Source of the DNA: Dehalococcoidia bacterium
GTDB taxonomy: Bacteria; Chloroflexota; Dehalococcoidia; DSTF01; JALHUB01
DNA: 64,000 bases
Direction of reading: 5' to 3'
NCBI GenBank assembly: GCA_050010555.1
Contig: JBEKKV010000003.1
Coordinates: forward strand, 16,241 to 80,240
The translations under genes were made by a program, and so were the position numbers. Under the pieces are notes generated by a model, which saw nothing but the letters and a program-made list of their open reading frames with translations, was not told the origin of the DNA and did not search any database. Positions within the stretch are counted from its first letter, which is position 1. Each line of letters opens with the position of its first letter. This document shows, piece by piece, positions 1 through 8,779 of this stretch.

Positions 1-1
1 G

Positions 2-379
2 AGCTACCGACGGCGACTCATGGCGGCGATGCGCGGCGTCGACTCGTCGGGCGGGCAGGCAGGTGCGGCGACCAGCATTTTGGTGCCGGCGGGCGCGCTG
101 GTTAGCGCCGCGAACCCGTACTGGATCATCTGGTGGGCGACGATCGGGATGGCCTACATCGACAAGGCGCTGGTGCACGGGGCCGCGGGCGTCGGGTCGT
201 TCTTCACGGCGCATATTCTGTCGGACTTCGCCTGGCTGTCGCTGGTGGCGTTCGCGATGGTGACGGGGCGTCGGCTGATGAGCACGCCGGTGTACCGGGG
301 CATCCTGATGGTCTGCGGTGCGTTCCTTGTTGGGCTGGGCGCCTGGTTCATCTACTCGGGCGTCAGCTTCCTCGCCTGA
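2..379 (+). CDS. LysE/RhtB-like amino-acid exporter family membrane protein, 5'-truncated at the window edge
   Basis: The ORF is open to the window start. It is hydrophobic with several predicted TM segments. It carries the motif 'SAANPYWIIWWATIG', which resembles the LysE-family C-terminal half. Family assignment is tentative. Confidence 0.4.
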   Translation, partial: SYRRRLMAAMRGVDSSGGQAGAATSILVPAGALVSAANPYWIIWWATIGMAYIDKALVHGAAGVGSFFTAHILSDFAWLSLVAFAMVTGRRLMSTPVYRGILMVCGAFLVGLGAWFIYSGVSFLA

Positions 380-494
380 GAGCCCTTCAAGCGCAGGCGC
401 GTGGGCCCGCTTCGGCTATTGACGATCTTCTTCGAATAGTCTACGCTGCTGCCATTCGTGAGGGGCGCTGGTGAGCGCCGAAAGGAGGTCGACG

Positions 495-737
495 ATGGCT
501 ATGGTAAAGGACCCCGTCTGCGGCATGGAGATCGACAGCGAGACAGCGGCGGGAAGCTCGGAGTACGAGGGGACGACGTACTATTTCTGCGCGGAAAGCT
601 GCAAGAACGATTTCGACGCAGCGCCCTGGAAGTTCATGGGCGTTGGCGCCGGCCTGGCCGAGGCGATGGCCAAGTCGCCGGAGATGCCGGAGCAAGCGGA
701 GCCGAAGGCGAAGAAGTGGTGGGAGTTCTGGAAATAG
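495..737 (+). CDS. YHS (TRASH-like) metal-binding domain protein
   Basis: The motif 'VCGMEID...YYFCAESCK' is a YHS-domain signature. GGAGG lies 7 nt upstream of the ATG at 495. The listed ORF begins earlier, at GTG 471. Confidence 0.6.
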   Translation: MAMVKDPVCGMEIDSETAAGSSEYEGTTYYFCAESCKNDFDAAPWKFMGVGAGLAEAMAKSPEMPEQAEPKAKKWWEFWK

Positions 738-780
738 CGCCTTCTCTTTCGACAATTCTGGCCAGCGTGAGTGGCCGCCA

Positions 781-1770
781 GTGAGACCATCCGGGGTCTT
801 TGTGACGATGGAGCTGCCGGGCGACGCGACGTCGCGGCTGCGCGAGGTCGCCGACGTCGACGTGTGGCCGCAAGAGGAGCCGCCGCCGCACGAGGAGCTC
901 GTCCGGCGAGTCGCGGACGCGGACGCGATACTAACGATGCTCACCGACCCCATCGACGCGGCGGTGCTGGACGCGGGCCCGCGGCTGCGCATCGTCGCGC
1001 AGATGGCGGTGGGAATCGACAACATCGACGTGGCGGCGGCGACGGAGCGCGGCATCCTGGTGACGAACACGCCTGACGTCCTGACGGAGGCGACGGCGGA
1101 CCTGGCCTTTGCGCTGCTGCTCGCGGCGGCGCGTCGCGTCGTCGAAGGCGACCGGCTGACGCGCACGGGCGGCTGGAAGAGCTGGCACCCGTCGTTCTTG
1201 CTGGGGCAGGAGGTGCACGGCGCCACGCTCGGCATCGTCGGCTTCGGCGCGATCGGGCAGGCGATGGCGCGACGCGCCCGCGGCTTCGAGATGCGCATCC
1301 TCTACCACTCGCGGACGCGGCGACCGGAAGCGGAGGCGGCGCTCGGCGCGGAGTACGCGGAGCTGGAGCGACTGCTACGGGAGTCGGACTTCGTCAGCCT
1401 GCACGTGCCGCTGACGCCGGAGACGCGGCGGCTCATCGGCGAGCGGGAGCTGGCGCTGATGAAGCCGACGGCGGTACTGGTGAACGCGGCGCGCGGAGCC
1501 GTCGTCGACCAGCGGGCGCTGTACGTCGCGCTCAAGGAGCGTCGGATCACAGCGGCCGGGCTCGACGTGGCGGAGACGGAGCCGATCCCGCCGGACGAGC
1601 CGCTGCTCACGCTGGACAACGTCGTCATCACGCCGCACATCGGCAGCGCCGGCGTCGCGACGAGGCGCAAGATGGCGGAGATGGCGGTCGAGAGCATTTT
1701 GCAGGCCCTGCGAGGCGAGGCGCCGTCGCACTGCGTCAATCCGGAGGCGCTGGCACGCCGAAAACGCTGA
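781..1770 (+). CDS. D-isomer-specific 2-hydroxyacid dehydrogenase (glyoxylate/hydroxypyruvate reductase, GhrB-like)
   Basis: Conserved 'GIVGFGAIG' NAD-binding fingerprint, catalytic region and 'ITPHIGSA'. The N-terminus '[13 protein letters not shown]' aligns with GhrB 'MKPSVILYKALPDD' when started at GTG 781. An alternative ATG start lies at 808. Confidence 0.8.
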   Translation: MRPSGVFVTMELPGDATSRLREVADVDVWPQEEPPPHEELVRRVADADAILTMLTDPIDAAVLDAGPRLRIVAQMAVGIDNIDVAAATERGILVTNTPDVLTEATADLAFALLLAAARRVVEGDRLTRTGGWKSWHPSFLLGQEVHGATLGIVGFGAIGQAMARRARGFEMRILYHSRTRRPEAEAALGAEYAELERLLRESDFVSLHVPLTPETRRLIGERELALMKPTAVLVNAARGAVVDQRALYVALKERRITAAGLDVAETEPIPPDEPLLTLDNVVITPHIGSAGVATRRKMAEMAVESILQALRGEAPSHCVNPEALARRKR

Positions 1771-1803
1771 GGGGCTTCGAATCGCGCCCCATTTCTGGTA
1801 TTA
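1771..1803 (+). terminator. Candidate rho-independent terminator after the reductase gene
   Basis: GGGGC...GCCCC stem with an internal CG pair, directly after the TGA stop. It is followed by ATTTCTGGTATT. The loop is long and the T-tract weak. Confidence 0.35.
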
Positions 1804-1835
1804 TCTGACCAACATCCTCCAGACAGGGAAGCCTA

Positions 1836-2477
1836 TTGCGCCCGCTCCGTCAGACCGGAAACCTGTGGCTGGCCCAGACGCTGTGGAAGCTGGGGGCCAT
1901 TCAGTTCGGCGATTTCACGCTGGGCCGGACGGCCGTGCACTCGCCGGTCTACGTCAACCTGCGACTGCTCATCAGCAAGCCGGCGGCGCTGGCGCGGGCG
2001 GCGCGCGTCATTCGCGACGACGTGCGGACGCGGCAGGAGATGCTAAACCCACAAATCGCGCCTTTCCAGCTTGTCGCGGGGGTGCCGTTCGGCGGGCTGC
2101 AGTTGGCGACGGCCTACTCGCTGACGGCGAAGGTGCCGCTCATCTACATTCGCCCGAAGGAATCTGACGGCCCGGGCATCGAAGGGCTGTACGAGCCGGG
2201 GCAGACGGTGCTCATTGTCGACGACCTGGTGACGGGCGGGCACAGTATCGTCGAGACGGCGGAGCGGCTGCGTAGCGAAGGGCTGCAAGTCAAGGACGCG
2301 GTGGTGCTGGTGGACCGGCAGCAGGGCGGGCGACAGTACCTGCGGCGGCACGGCATCAGCTTGAAGACGCTGCTGACGCTGCAGGTGATGCTCAACTACC
2401 TCATGTCGAGCGGAAAGATATCGGAGGAGTGGTATCGGCGGTCGCTGGCGTACCTGGAGGCTAATCGCGGGCCGTAG
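1836..2477 (+). CDS. pyrE: Orotate phosphoribosyltransferase
   Basis: PRTase PRPP-binding motif 'LIVDDLVTGGHSIVETAE'. N-terminal 'FGDFTL..S.VYVNLR' is typical of OPRTase. Length 213 aa. Confidence 0.75.
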   Translation: MRPLRQTGNLWLAQTLWKLGAIQFGDFTLGRTAVHSPVYVNLRLLISKPAALARAARVIRDDVRTRQEMLNPQIAPFQLVAGVPFGGLQLATAYSLTAKVPLIYIRPKESDGPGIEGLYEPGQTVLIVDDLVTGGHSIVETAERLRSEGLQVKDAVVLVDRQQGGRQYLRRHGISLKTLLTLQVMLNYLMSSGKISEEWYRRSLAYLEANRGP

Positions 2478-2556
2478 GCGATCCTCTATCGAGTGCGTCG
2501 ATCTCTCTGATCGAACTCGAACCCCCTTGACAGCCACGACAGAGGAAGAGCGCGCC

Positions 2557-2772
2557 CTACAGCAGGCGCCGGATCGGCTTGCGGCCGGGACGCGGGTCGT
2601 AGTTGGTCTTGAACATCTCCAGCTTGTCCCGCTCGATGAGGTACTTGCCGGCGAAGATGAGCGCGGGGACCTTCTTCTGCTTGATGAGGCGTCGCAGGCT
2701 CTGAGGATGGATGTTGAGCTCTCGCGCGGCCTCCACAAGGTCGAGGAAGTTGTCGAAGGGCTGGCTGACCAT
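2557..2772 (-). CDS. Helix-turn-helix DNA-binding protein, excisionase/MerR-like family
   Basis: 71-aa protein. 'LDLVEAARELNIHPQSLRRLIKQKKVPALIFAGKYLIERDKLEMF' matches the excisionase-family HTH pattern. Confidence 0.6.
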   Translation of the reverse strand: MVSQPFDNFLDLVEAARELNIHPQSLRRLIKQKKVPALIFAGKYLIERDKLEMFKTNYDPRPGRKPIRRLL

Positions 2773-2809
2773 AGCTGCTCCGCTGGTAACTCGCTAAGAC
2801 GCATCAGTA

Positions 2810-2828
2810 ATTATACCAGCATTGTCAA
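2810..2828 (-). promoter_or_regulatory. Candidate extended -10 promoter (TGGTATAAT) for the HTH gene
   Basis: Read on the minus strand: TTGACA, then a 7-nt spacer, then TGG-TATAAT, about 40 nt upstream of the ATG. The -10 is perfect. The -35 spacing is non-canonical, so this would be TGn-extended -10 type. Confidence 0.35.
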
Positions 2829-2846
2829 CCAAAGGCCAGCGAATTG

Positions 2847-4196
2847 TCAGCGCGAAGCTCCCTTTCTTCGAGAGGCGGCGATCCCCGCAGCCAACAGCGC
2901 TGCGCCCGCGGCCAGCAGCGCGATGAGGTAGGGTTCGTCGCGGCCAGCGCTTGCCGCCGAGCCGCCGCCCGTATTCGGCGCGGCGACGAGGTTTGAGGAA
3001 GGCTGAGCGCTGGTGGTGGCCGACGGCCCTGGCGTCTCGACGATCGCGTCCGGCGGCATCGAGGGGCCAACGGCACACCCCGCGATATCGATGCCGTCAA
3101 TTCGTTGTCCGTCGGCGAGGGTTACTTGCCTGGAGGCCGGCTGGTAGGGAGGATTGCTGTTGGACGGATCCTGATAGCAGGCGACTTTGAAACGGAGGGT
3201 GTAGGTGCCGGCGGGTAGGTTGTCGAACCGATAGGTGCCGTCATCGCAAAGAGGGGATCCGGGGATGACGTACAACACGCCCACTTCTGGCACGTCTCGG
3301 TAGAGGTCTAGGTAGTCGCCCATGGGGTATTGAGCGCCGGGCGAGCACCAGAGACGTTCTCCGTCATTCCACACGCCATCGTGATTGTCGTCAGAGAAGA
3401 GTCTTCCGCTGATCGTCGATTCTCCACTCAAGAAGTGAAATCCCACCTCGACATTCAGAGTATCCGCTGTGCCCGTCAGGTCGACGGCGTTGGTCGTATC
3501 TTCGGGCGCACCCGGCGTGCCCGGCAGGTCAGGAGTCATGAACGTCTTCTCGTGGAACGTGGCTGCCAAAGAAGACGGCGGAGTCAGCTCAAGGAAGAAG
3601 TGCCCAGGCGGAAGGCCGACGAAATTGAAGCGGCCGGACTGATCGCTTGCCGATGTAATATCGCAGTAGGCCGCCCACAGCCTGTCTTCAGGTCCGCCCT
3701 GCCCATATATCCTTACTTTCCACCCATCAAACCTAGGTTCCCCGGCATCGTCTCGGCCATTCTCATTCTGATCGTTCACAAGGACGCCTGAGACGGTCTT
3801 GGTTCCGCCGTCGAACACGCCAAGGTCAATCCCAGTTGAATCTGTTCCCCTTGGCACGTCGCGGGCGAACGTGGTGGCAGTGGCACAGGGTATCGTACTG
3901 TCCAAGCTCATGCGGACCACGTAATCGACATTGGAAGACGATTGAACGCCCGTGAAGGAGTAGTGACCGTCAGAGTCGGTTCTTGCGTGTTGGACCGGGC
4001 CCCCAAGGAGCTCAACGGTGGCACCCGGAGCTGGCGGTTCACCCAGGTCCCGCTGGCCGTTCAGGTTGAGATCAAAGAACACAGTCCCAGATATGGTGTC
4101 GCCGCCGGCTCCGACCGCCGGACTGACGCCCTTCAGGGCGACAGCCGCGAGCGCGACGGCGACACAGATTCCCAGAAGCACGAGTCTCTTGTGCAT
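2847..4196 (-). CDS. Secreted cell-surface protein with three SdrD-B/Cna-B-like repeats and a C-terminal sortase-like sorting signal
   Basis: Signal peptide 'MHKRLVLLGICVAVALAAVA'. Repeats 'SGTVFFDLNLNGQRDLGEP', 'SGVLVNDQNENGRDDAGEP' and 'SGRLFSDDNHDGVWNDGE'. The C-terminus has 'APNTGGG', an 11-aa spacer, an 18-aa hydrophobic stretch and an 'SRRKGASR' tail. GGAGGT lies 4 nt before the ATG. Confidence 0.6.
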   Translation of the reverse strand: MHKRLVLLGICVAVALAAVALKGVSPAVGAGGDTISGTVFFDLNLNGQRDLGEPPAPGATVELLGGPVQHARTDSDGHYSFTGVQSSSNVDYVVRMSLDSTIPCATATTFARDVPRGTDSTGIDLGVFDGGTKTVSGVLVNDQNENGRDDAGEPRFDGWKVRIYGQGGPEDRLWAAYCDITSASDQSGRFNFVGLPPGHFFLELTPPSSLAATFHEKTFMTPDLPGTPGAPEDTTNAVDLTGTADTLNVEVGFHFLSGESTISGRLFSDDNHDGVWNDGERLWCSPGAQYPMGDYLDLYRDVPEVGVLYVIPGSPLCDDGTYRFDNLPAGTYTLRFKVACYQDPSNSNPPYQPASRQVTLADGQRIDGIDIAGCAVGPSMPPDAIVETPGPSATTSAQPSSNLVAAPNTGGGSAASAGRDEPYLIALLAAGAALLAAGIAASRRKGASR

Positions 4197-4287
4197 GATT
4201 ACCTCCATCGCGGGGAGCGGGCTCGCCACCTTGCCCTTGATATTTCGTATAACGCGCAGGACGGAAAGAAGTTAACGCCAGCTTCCG

Positions 4288-4317
4288 TTGACTGCTTCTC
4301 GGCCCGCGCCTTAAGAT
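4288..4317 (+). promoter_or_regulatory. Candidate sigma70 promoter for the acyl-CoA synthetase genes
   Basis: TTGACT, 17/18-nt spacer, TAAGAT, about 36 nt upstream of the ATG at 4353. Confidence 0.35.
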
Positions 4318-4352
4318 ACGGACGCGTCATTCTATCTGAAACGGAGCGCCCC

Positions 4353-5045
4353 ATGAGCATCGCCAGCATCATCGACAGGGCAAGGACGGACCAACGCAAG
4401 GTCCTGACCGAGGTGGAGTCGAAGGACATCCTGGAGGAGGCGGGCATTCCCACCGTGCACGCCCGTCTGGCGACAAACGCAGACGAGGCCGCCGCGGTCG
4501 CGCAAGAGATGGGCTTCCCGGTGGCGCTGAAGATCGTCTCGCCGGAGATCACGCACAAGAGCGACGTCGGCGGCGTGAAGCTGAACGTGGCCACGCCGGC
4601 CGAGGCGAAGGCGGCCTTCGACGAGATCGTTGCAGCGGCCAAGAAGGCGCAGCCGGACGCCCGAATCGACGGCGTTTCGGTGCAGAAGATGGCGCGCCCG
4701 GGCATCGAGGTGATCATGGGGATGAGCCAGGACGCGCAGTTCGGGCCGGTGCTCATGTTCGGTCTCGGCGGCATACTCGTCGAGGTGCTGAAGGACGTGT
4801 CTTTCCGCCTGGTGCCGATGACGCCGCGAGATGCCCGCCAGATGGTGCAGGAGATCAAGGGCCGGCCGCTGCTCGACGGCTACCGCGGGCAGGAGCCGGC
4901 GGACGTGGCGGCGCTGGAGAAGCTGCTGCTGCGCCTGTCGGAGTTCGTCGAGGCGCACCCGGAGATTGCTGAGTTGGACCTGAACCCCATCTTCGCCTAC
5001 AAGGACGGCGCCGTGGCCGTCGACGCGCGCATCATCCTTTCTTGA
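4353..5045 (+). CDS. ADP-forming acetyl/acyl-CoA synthetase, beta (ATP-grasp) subunit
   Basis: 230 aa. 'LTEVESKDILEEAGIPT...GFPVALKIVSPEITHKSDVGGVKLNV' matches the ATP-grasp domain of NDP-forming acyl-CoA synthetases. GGAG lies 6 nt upstream. Confidence 0.7.
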   Translation: MSIASIIDRARTDQRKVLTEVESKDILEEAGIPTVHARLATNADEAAAVAQEMGFPVALKIVSPEITHKSDVGGVKLNVATPAEAKAAFDEIVAAAKKAQPDARIDGVSVQKMARPGIEVIMGMSQDAQFGPVLMFGLGGILVEVLKDVSFRLVPMTPRDARQMVQEIKGRPLLDGYRGQEPADVAALEKLLLRLSEFVEAHPEIAELDLNPIFAYKDGAVAVDARIILS

Positions 5046-5079
5046 CGGCACGCACGATACCCGCACGGAGCCGGCCGTC

Positions 5080-6513
5080 TTGAACGACATAGTCCCCCGA
5101 CTAAAGAGAGTGCTGAATCCACGCAGCATCGCCGTCGTCGGCGACAAGCGGGCGATGGGCTACTTCTGGCTGCGCAACATGAGTCCCTTTAAGGGAAAGC
5201 TCTACTCCGTCCAGATCGACCCTAACGAGATGCCGGGCATCGCGGAGCTGGGCGTCTCGAACTACTCGAGCCTGCTCGACGTGCCGGACGAAATCGACTA
5301 CGTGGTCTGCGCCGTGCCGCGCCAGATCGCGCCCCGCGTCGTCGCCGACTGCGTCGCGAAGAAGGTGGGCGGCGTTTCGCTGTTCACGTCGGGCTTCGCG
5401 GAGACGGGCGAAGCGGAGGGCATTCGCTTGCAAGAGCAGATAGCGACCACGGCGCGCGAGGGCGGGATCGTCCTCGTCGGGCCGAACTGCATGGGCATCT
5501 ACAACCGACGGCTCGGCGTGCGGCAGTCGATCGAGCAGCCGGCCGGCGACGAGGGCGATGTCGGCTTCATCTCGCACAGCGGCACGCACGCAATTAACTT
5601 CAGCCTCATCGGCGCGGTGCACGGCGTGAAGATCAGCAAGTCGGTGAGCGCGGGAAACTCGGCGGTCGTTGGGCCGGCCGACTATCTGGAGTACCTAGCG
5701 CAGGACGCGGAAACGAAGGTCATCGCGATGTACCTGGAGGGCGTGCAGGACGGCCATCGCCTCTTCGACGTGTTGCGCCGCACGACGCCGCTGAAGCCGG
5801 TGGTAGTATGGAAAGGCGGCCTATCGGAGGGCGGCCGGCGGGCGATGTTCTCGCACACAGGCGGGCTGGCGACGTCGGAGGCGGGCTGGCAAGCGCTGGT
5901 GCGGCAGACCGGGGTCGTCGCGACGGACAGCCTCGACGAGACGCTGGACGCGGTGAAGGCGCTGCTCTTCACGAAGCCGGCGACGGGTCGTCGCATGGGG
6001 CTGGTGGCGCTCACCGGCGGGCAGTCGGTGGTGATTACTGACGCGTTCGAGCGCGAGGGGCTGGAGGTGCCGCTCCTCAGCGAGCGGTCGTACGCAGAGC
6101 TTGCGGGTTTCTTCAACATCGTCGGCGGGAGCTATCGCAACCCGCTGGACGCCGGCGGAACGCTGGGATTCGGCGCGTCGCCGGAGAACCTGCAGCGCCT
6201 GCTTCGCGTGCTGGAGAACGACGAGAATATCGACGCGGTGGCGGTCGAGGTGTCGAGGCGGATGATGGCGCGGCAGGCGCCGTCGGGAACGCCGTCGGCG
6301 GACTGGCTGCCGGAGATGCTGGGCCGGCATCGCGAAGAATCGGTCAAGCCGCTGATGGTGGTGCTGCACCCCGGGCACCTGGAGTCGACTGTGGCGCAGG
6401 AGCGCGAGAAGTACGTGGAGCGCGGCATCGCGACGTTCGCGGGCTTCGAGCAGGCGGCACGGGCGTTCGCGCGCGCGGTGCGGTATCGACGGTTTGTGGC
6501 GGGGATGGAATAG
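5080..6513 (+). CDS. ADP-forming acetyl/acyl-CoA synthetase, alpha subunit (CoA-binding plus succinyl-CoA-synthetase-like domains)
   Basis: 477 aa. N-terminal CoA-binding Rossmann ('SIAVVGDKR') and 'GPNCMGI', 'FISHSGT' ligase-CoA motifs. The start is TTG at 5080 or GTG at 5110, uncertain. Confidence 0.7.
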   Translation: MNDIVPRLKRVLNPRSIAVVGDKRAMGYFWLRNMSPFKGKLYSVQIDPNEMPGIAELGVSNYSSLLDVPDEIDYVVCAVPRQIAPRVVADCVAKKVGGVSLFTSGFAETGEAEGIRLQEQIATTAREGGIVLVGPNCMGIYNRRLGVRQSIEQPAGDEGDVGFISHSGTHAINFSLIGAVHGVKISKSVSAGNSAVVGPADYLEYLAQDAETKVIAMYLEGVQDGHRLFDVLRRTTPLKPVVVWKGGLSEGGRRAMFSHTGGLATSEAGWQALVRQTGVVATDSLDETLDAVKALLFTKPATGRRMGLVALTGGQSVVITDAFEREGLEVPLLSERSYAELAGFFNIVGGSYRNPLDAGGTLGFGASPENLQRLLRVLENDENIDAVAVEVSRRMMARQAPSGTPSADWLPEMLGRHREESVKPLMVVLHPGHLESTVAQEREKYVERGIATFAGFEQAARAFARAVRYRRFVAGME

Positions 6514-6526
6514 TGGTGTGGTGGCG

Positions 6527-6608
6527 TCGGCGCGACGAGCAAAGCGAGGCGCGCAACAAGAACGCGATCAGCGCACTCGTCGACAACCGATCGAACATGC
6601 CATGGAAG
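6527..6608 (+). repeat. Intergenic repeat element, copy A (TTCGGCGCGACGAG...GAGCGCAACAAGAACGCGATCAGCG...CATGGAAG)
   Basis: Shares a ~25-nt near-identical core and flanking modules with copies at 20694-20786 and 60245-60339. This copy lacks the short hairpin module. Confidence 0.55.
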
Positions 6609-6654
6609 CCGACGTCTCGGTCACGTCGTAGGTGTCGAATACGGGAGGGATTCC

Positions 6655-7743
6655 ATGAAGGCAGCCGTCTTCTACGGAGCGAACCAGCCGCTCGCCATCG
6701 AAGAGGTCGATATTGCGTCGCCGAAGAGGGGCGAAGTACTCGTCAAGATCGCCGCTTCCGGACTGTGCCACACGGACCTCCATTTCATGGAAGGCTTCTT
6801 CCCCTGGCCGGCGCCGGCCGTGCTCGGCCACGAAGCCGCCGGCGTCGTCGAACAGGTCGGCGAGGGCGTGAACAGCGTCCAGCCGGGCGACCACGTCGTC
6901 CTCTCGTCCGCGCCTTCGTGCGGCGTCTGCCGCTACTGCGTGGCCGGCAAGCCCTATCTCTGCACCGCCGCCGCCGGATCGCATCAGATGAGGGACGGCA
7001 CCAGCCGCCTGGCCCTCCACGACGACGGCAAGCCCCTATTCCACTTCCTCGGCGTCTCCTCTTTCGCCGAATACGCGGTCGTCTCGGAGCTGGCGATGGC
7101 GAAGGTGCGCGACGATGCTCCGCTGCAAAGCGTTAGCCTCGTCGGCTGCGCCGTCGCGACGGGCGTCGGCGCGGTCCTCTACACGGCGGGCGTCACAGCG
7201 GGCAAGAGCGTCGCTGTTTTCGGCTGCGGCGGCGTCGGGCTGAACGTGGTTCAGGGGGCGAACCTGGTCGGCGCCTGCCCGATCATTGCCATCGACACGA
7301 AAGACGAGAAGCTGGCGCTGGCGAAGCAGTTCGGCGCCACGCACGTCGTGAATCCGGCGAAGGAGCATCCCGTATTGAAGGTCCACGAGATCACCGGCGG
7401 CGGCGCGGACTTCGCCTTCGAAGCCATCGGCGACGTGGACGTGCTCGGCCAGGCGTTCGACTCGCTGGACCGCGGCGGCATGGCGGTCATGGCCGGCGTG
7501 CCGCCTTTCGGCTCGAAGTACGCCGTCGACACAATGAACCTCTTCAACGACAAGACCCTCCGCGGCTGCGTCCTCGGCTCCGTGAACATTCGCCGCGACT
7601 TCCCGATGCTGGTCGACCTGTATATGGCGAAGCGGCTAAAGCTGGACGAACTGATGACGCGGACGTTCCCGCTGGAAGCGATCAACGAGGCGTTCGAGCT
7701 GGTAAAACGGGGAGAGGTGGCGCGCGCCGTCGTGACGTTCTAG
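6655..7743 (+). CDS. Zinc-dependent alcohol dehydrogenase (class III/medium-chain family)
   Basis: 'GLCHTDLH', 'GHEAAGVVEQVGEGV', structural-zinc Cys cluster 'CGVCRYCVAGKPYLC' and a GxGxxG cofactor site. GGGAGGG lies upstream of the ATG. Confidence 0.8.
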   Translation: MKAAVFYGANQPLAIEEVDIASPKRGEVLVKIAASGLCHTDLHFMEGFFPWPAPAVLGHEAAGVVEQVGEGVNSVQPGDHVVLSSAPSCGVCRYCVAGKPYLCTAAAGSHQMRDGTSRLALHDDGKPLFHFLGVSSFAEYAVVSELAMAKVRDDAPLQSVSLVGCAVATGVGAVLYTAGVTAGKSVAVFGCGGVGLNVVQGANLVGACPIIAIDTKDEKLALAKQFGATHVVNPAKEHPVLKVHEITGGGADFAFEAIGDVDVLGQAFDSLDRGGMAVMAGVPPFGSKYAVDTMNLFNDKTLRGCVLGSVNIRRDFPMLVDLYMAKRLKLDELMTRTFPLEAINEAFELVKRGEVARAVVTF

Positions 7744-7766
7744 ACTGAGCGCCAGAGGTGGCGAAA

Positions 7767-8057
7767 ATGGAGGTCCGTCGCTTCATGCTCACCGTGCCCG
7801 ACGAGCGCAGCCGACCGCAGCCCGGCGAGGTGCTTCTTGCTGAACGCTGGCAGCCGAAGCTGGCGGAGAGCGGGCCTCAGCAGGGCAACCGCTTTCGGAT
7901 CGTCCTCCTGAGCCAGCCGGCGCCGGCCTCCGCGCACGTGTCGTCGCCGAACGTCGCCGTCCTTACGCCGTCACATCCAATCGAGACGCACACCCGGGTG
8001 AGCGAGCCGCCGCTGGTCGTTCTTGCCACCGGCGCGTCGTCGAAGGCGCGAAAGTAG
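7767..8057 (+). CDS. Hypothetical protein (96 aa)
   Basis: AGGTGG lies 6 nt upstream of the ATG. GC3 is strongly biased as in neighbouring genes. No recognisable domain. Confidence 0.35.
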   Translation: MEVRRFMLTVPDERSRPQPGEVLLAERWQPKLAESGPQQGNRFRIVLLSQPAPASAHVSSPNVAVLTPSHPIETHTRVSEPPLVVLATGASSKARK

Positions 8058-8062
8058 GTCAG

Positions 8063-8779
8063 ATGGCTCCCACTTCTCCCTTTCAATCGTTCCTCAAGGG
8101 AAGAAAGCGTTCCGCGGAAGTCCGAGGCAAACTCCGTCCTGTAAGCCCGGGCGAGTCGCCTTTGGCGCCGGGCAAGTGGCTGATCATCGGCCTCGGCAAC
8201 CCCGGCCGCGGCTACGCCCACAACCGCCACAATGCCGGCTTCTGGTGCGTCAACCGGCTGGCGCGCAGCTACGGCATCGAAATGGGCAGCCGGACGTCCG
8301 TTGCGACGCTGGGAGACGGCACGATTGAGGGGAGGGACGTTGTGCTGGCCAAGCCGCGAAAGTTTATGAACAATAGCGGCGACGCGGCGGCGGCCCTCGT
8401 CAAGCGCTTCCGCGTCCTGCCGGAGCGACTGCTCGTCATCTGCGACAGCATAGACCTGCCGGTCGGCGCCGTTCGCGTTCGCGCGCGAGGGGCGCACGGC
8501 GGCCACAACGGGCTCAGGTCGGTCGTGGAGCGCCTGGGCGTCGACGTCTTTCCGCGCATCCGCATCGGCGTCGGGCGGCCGGTGGTAAACGGGGAGCCGT
8601 CGTATGACCCGGACGTGATCGCGGACTACGTGCTCAACGATCCGCCGCCGTCGGAGCGAAAGGCGCTGGACGAGGCGGTGGAGACGGTGATTGCCGCCAC
8701 GGCCTGCACGCTGGAGCAGGGCGTCGAAGCGGCGATGAGCCGGTTCAACCACGACCGCGCGGCGGAGGAGCCCGGTTAG
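8063..8779 (+). CDS. pth: Peptidyl-tRNA hydrolase
   Basis: 'LIIGLGNPGRGYAHNRHNAGF' and 'GGHNGLRS' are Pth signatures. The true start may be the internal TTG at 8162, giving 'MAPGKWLIIGLGNPG'. Confidence 0.85.
   Translation: MAPTSPFQSFLKGRKRSAEVRGKLRPVSPGESPLAPGKWLIIGLGNPGRGYAHNRHNAGFWCVNRLARSYGIEMGSRTSVATLGDGTIEGRDVVLAKPRKFMNNSGDAAAALVKRFRVLPERLLVICDSIDLPVGAVRVRARGAHGGHNGLRSVVERLGVDVFPRIRIGVGRPVVNGEPSYDPDVIADYVLNDPPPSERKALDEAVETVIAATACTLEQGVEAAMSRFNHDRAAEEPG

Noticed and set aside
441-1298. Many long Arg/Ala/Pro-rich ORFs on the opposite strand or in alternate frames of assigned genes, for example 441-1298(-), 11032-12231(-), 22055-22900(-), 27019-28083(-), 29388-30935(-), 36126-37841(-) and 58723-60372(+)
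   Set aside because: These are typical stop-codon-poor shadow frames of a high-GC genome. Each overlaps a gene with clear family signatures, and none has a domain I recognise.
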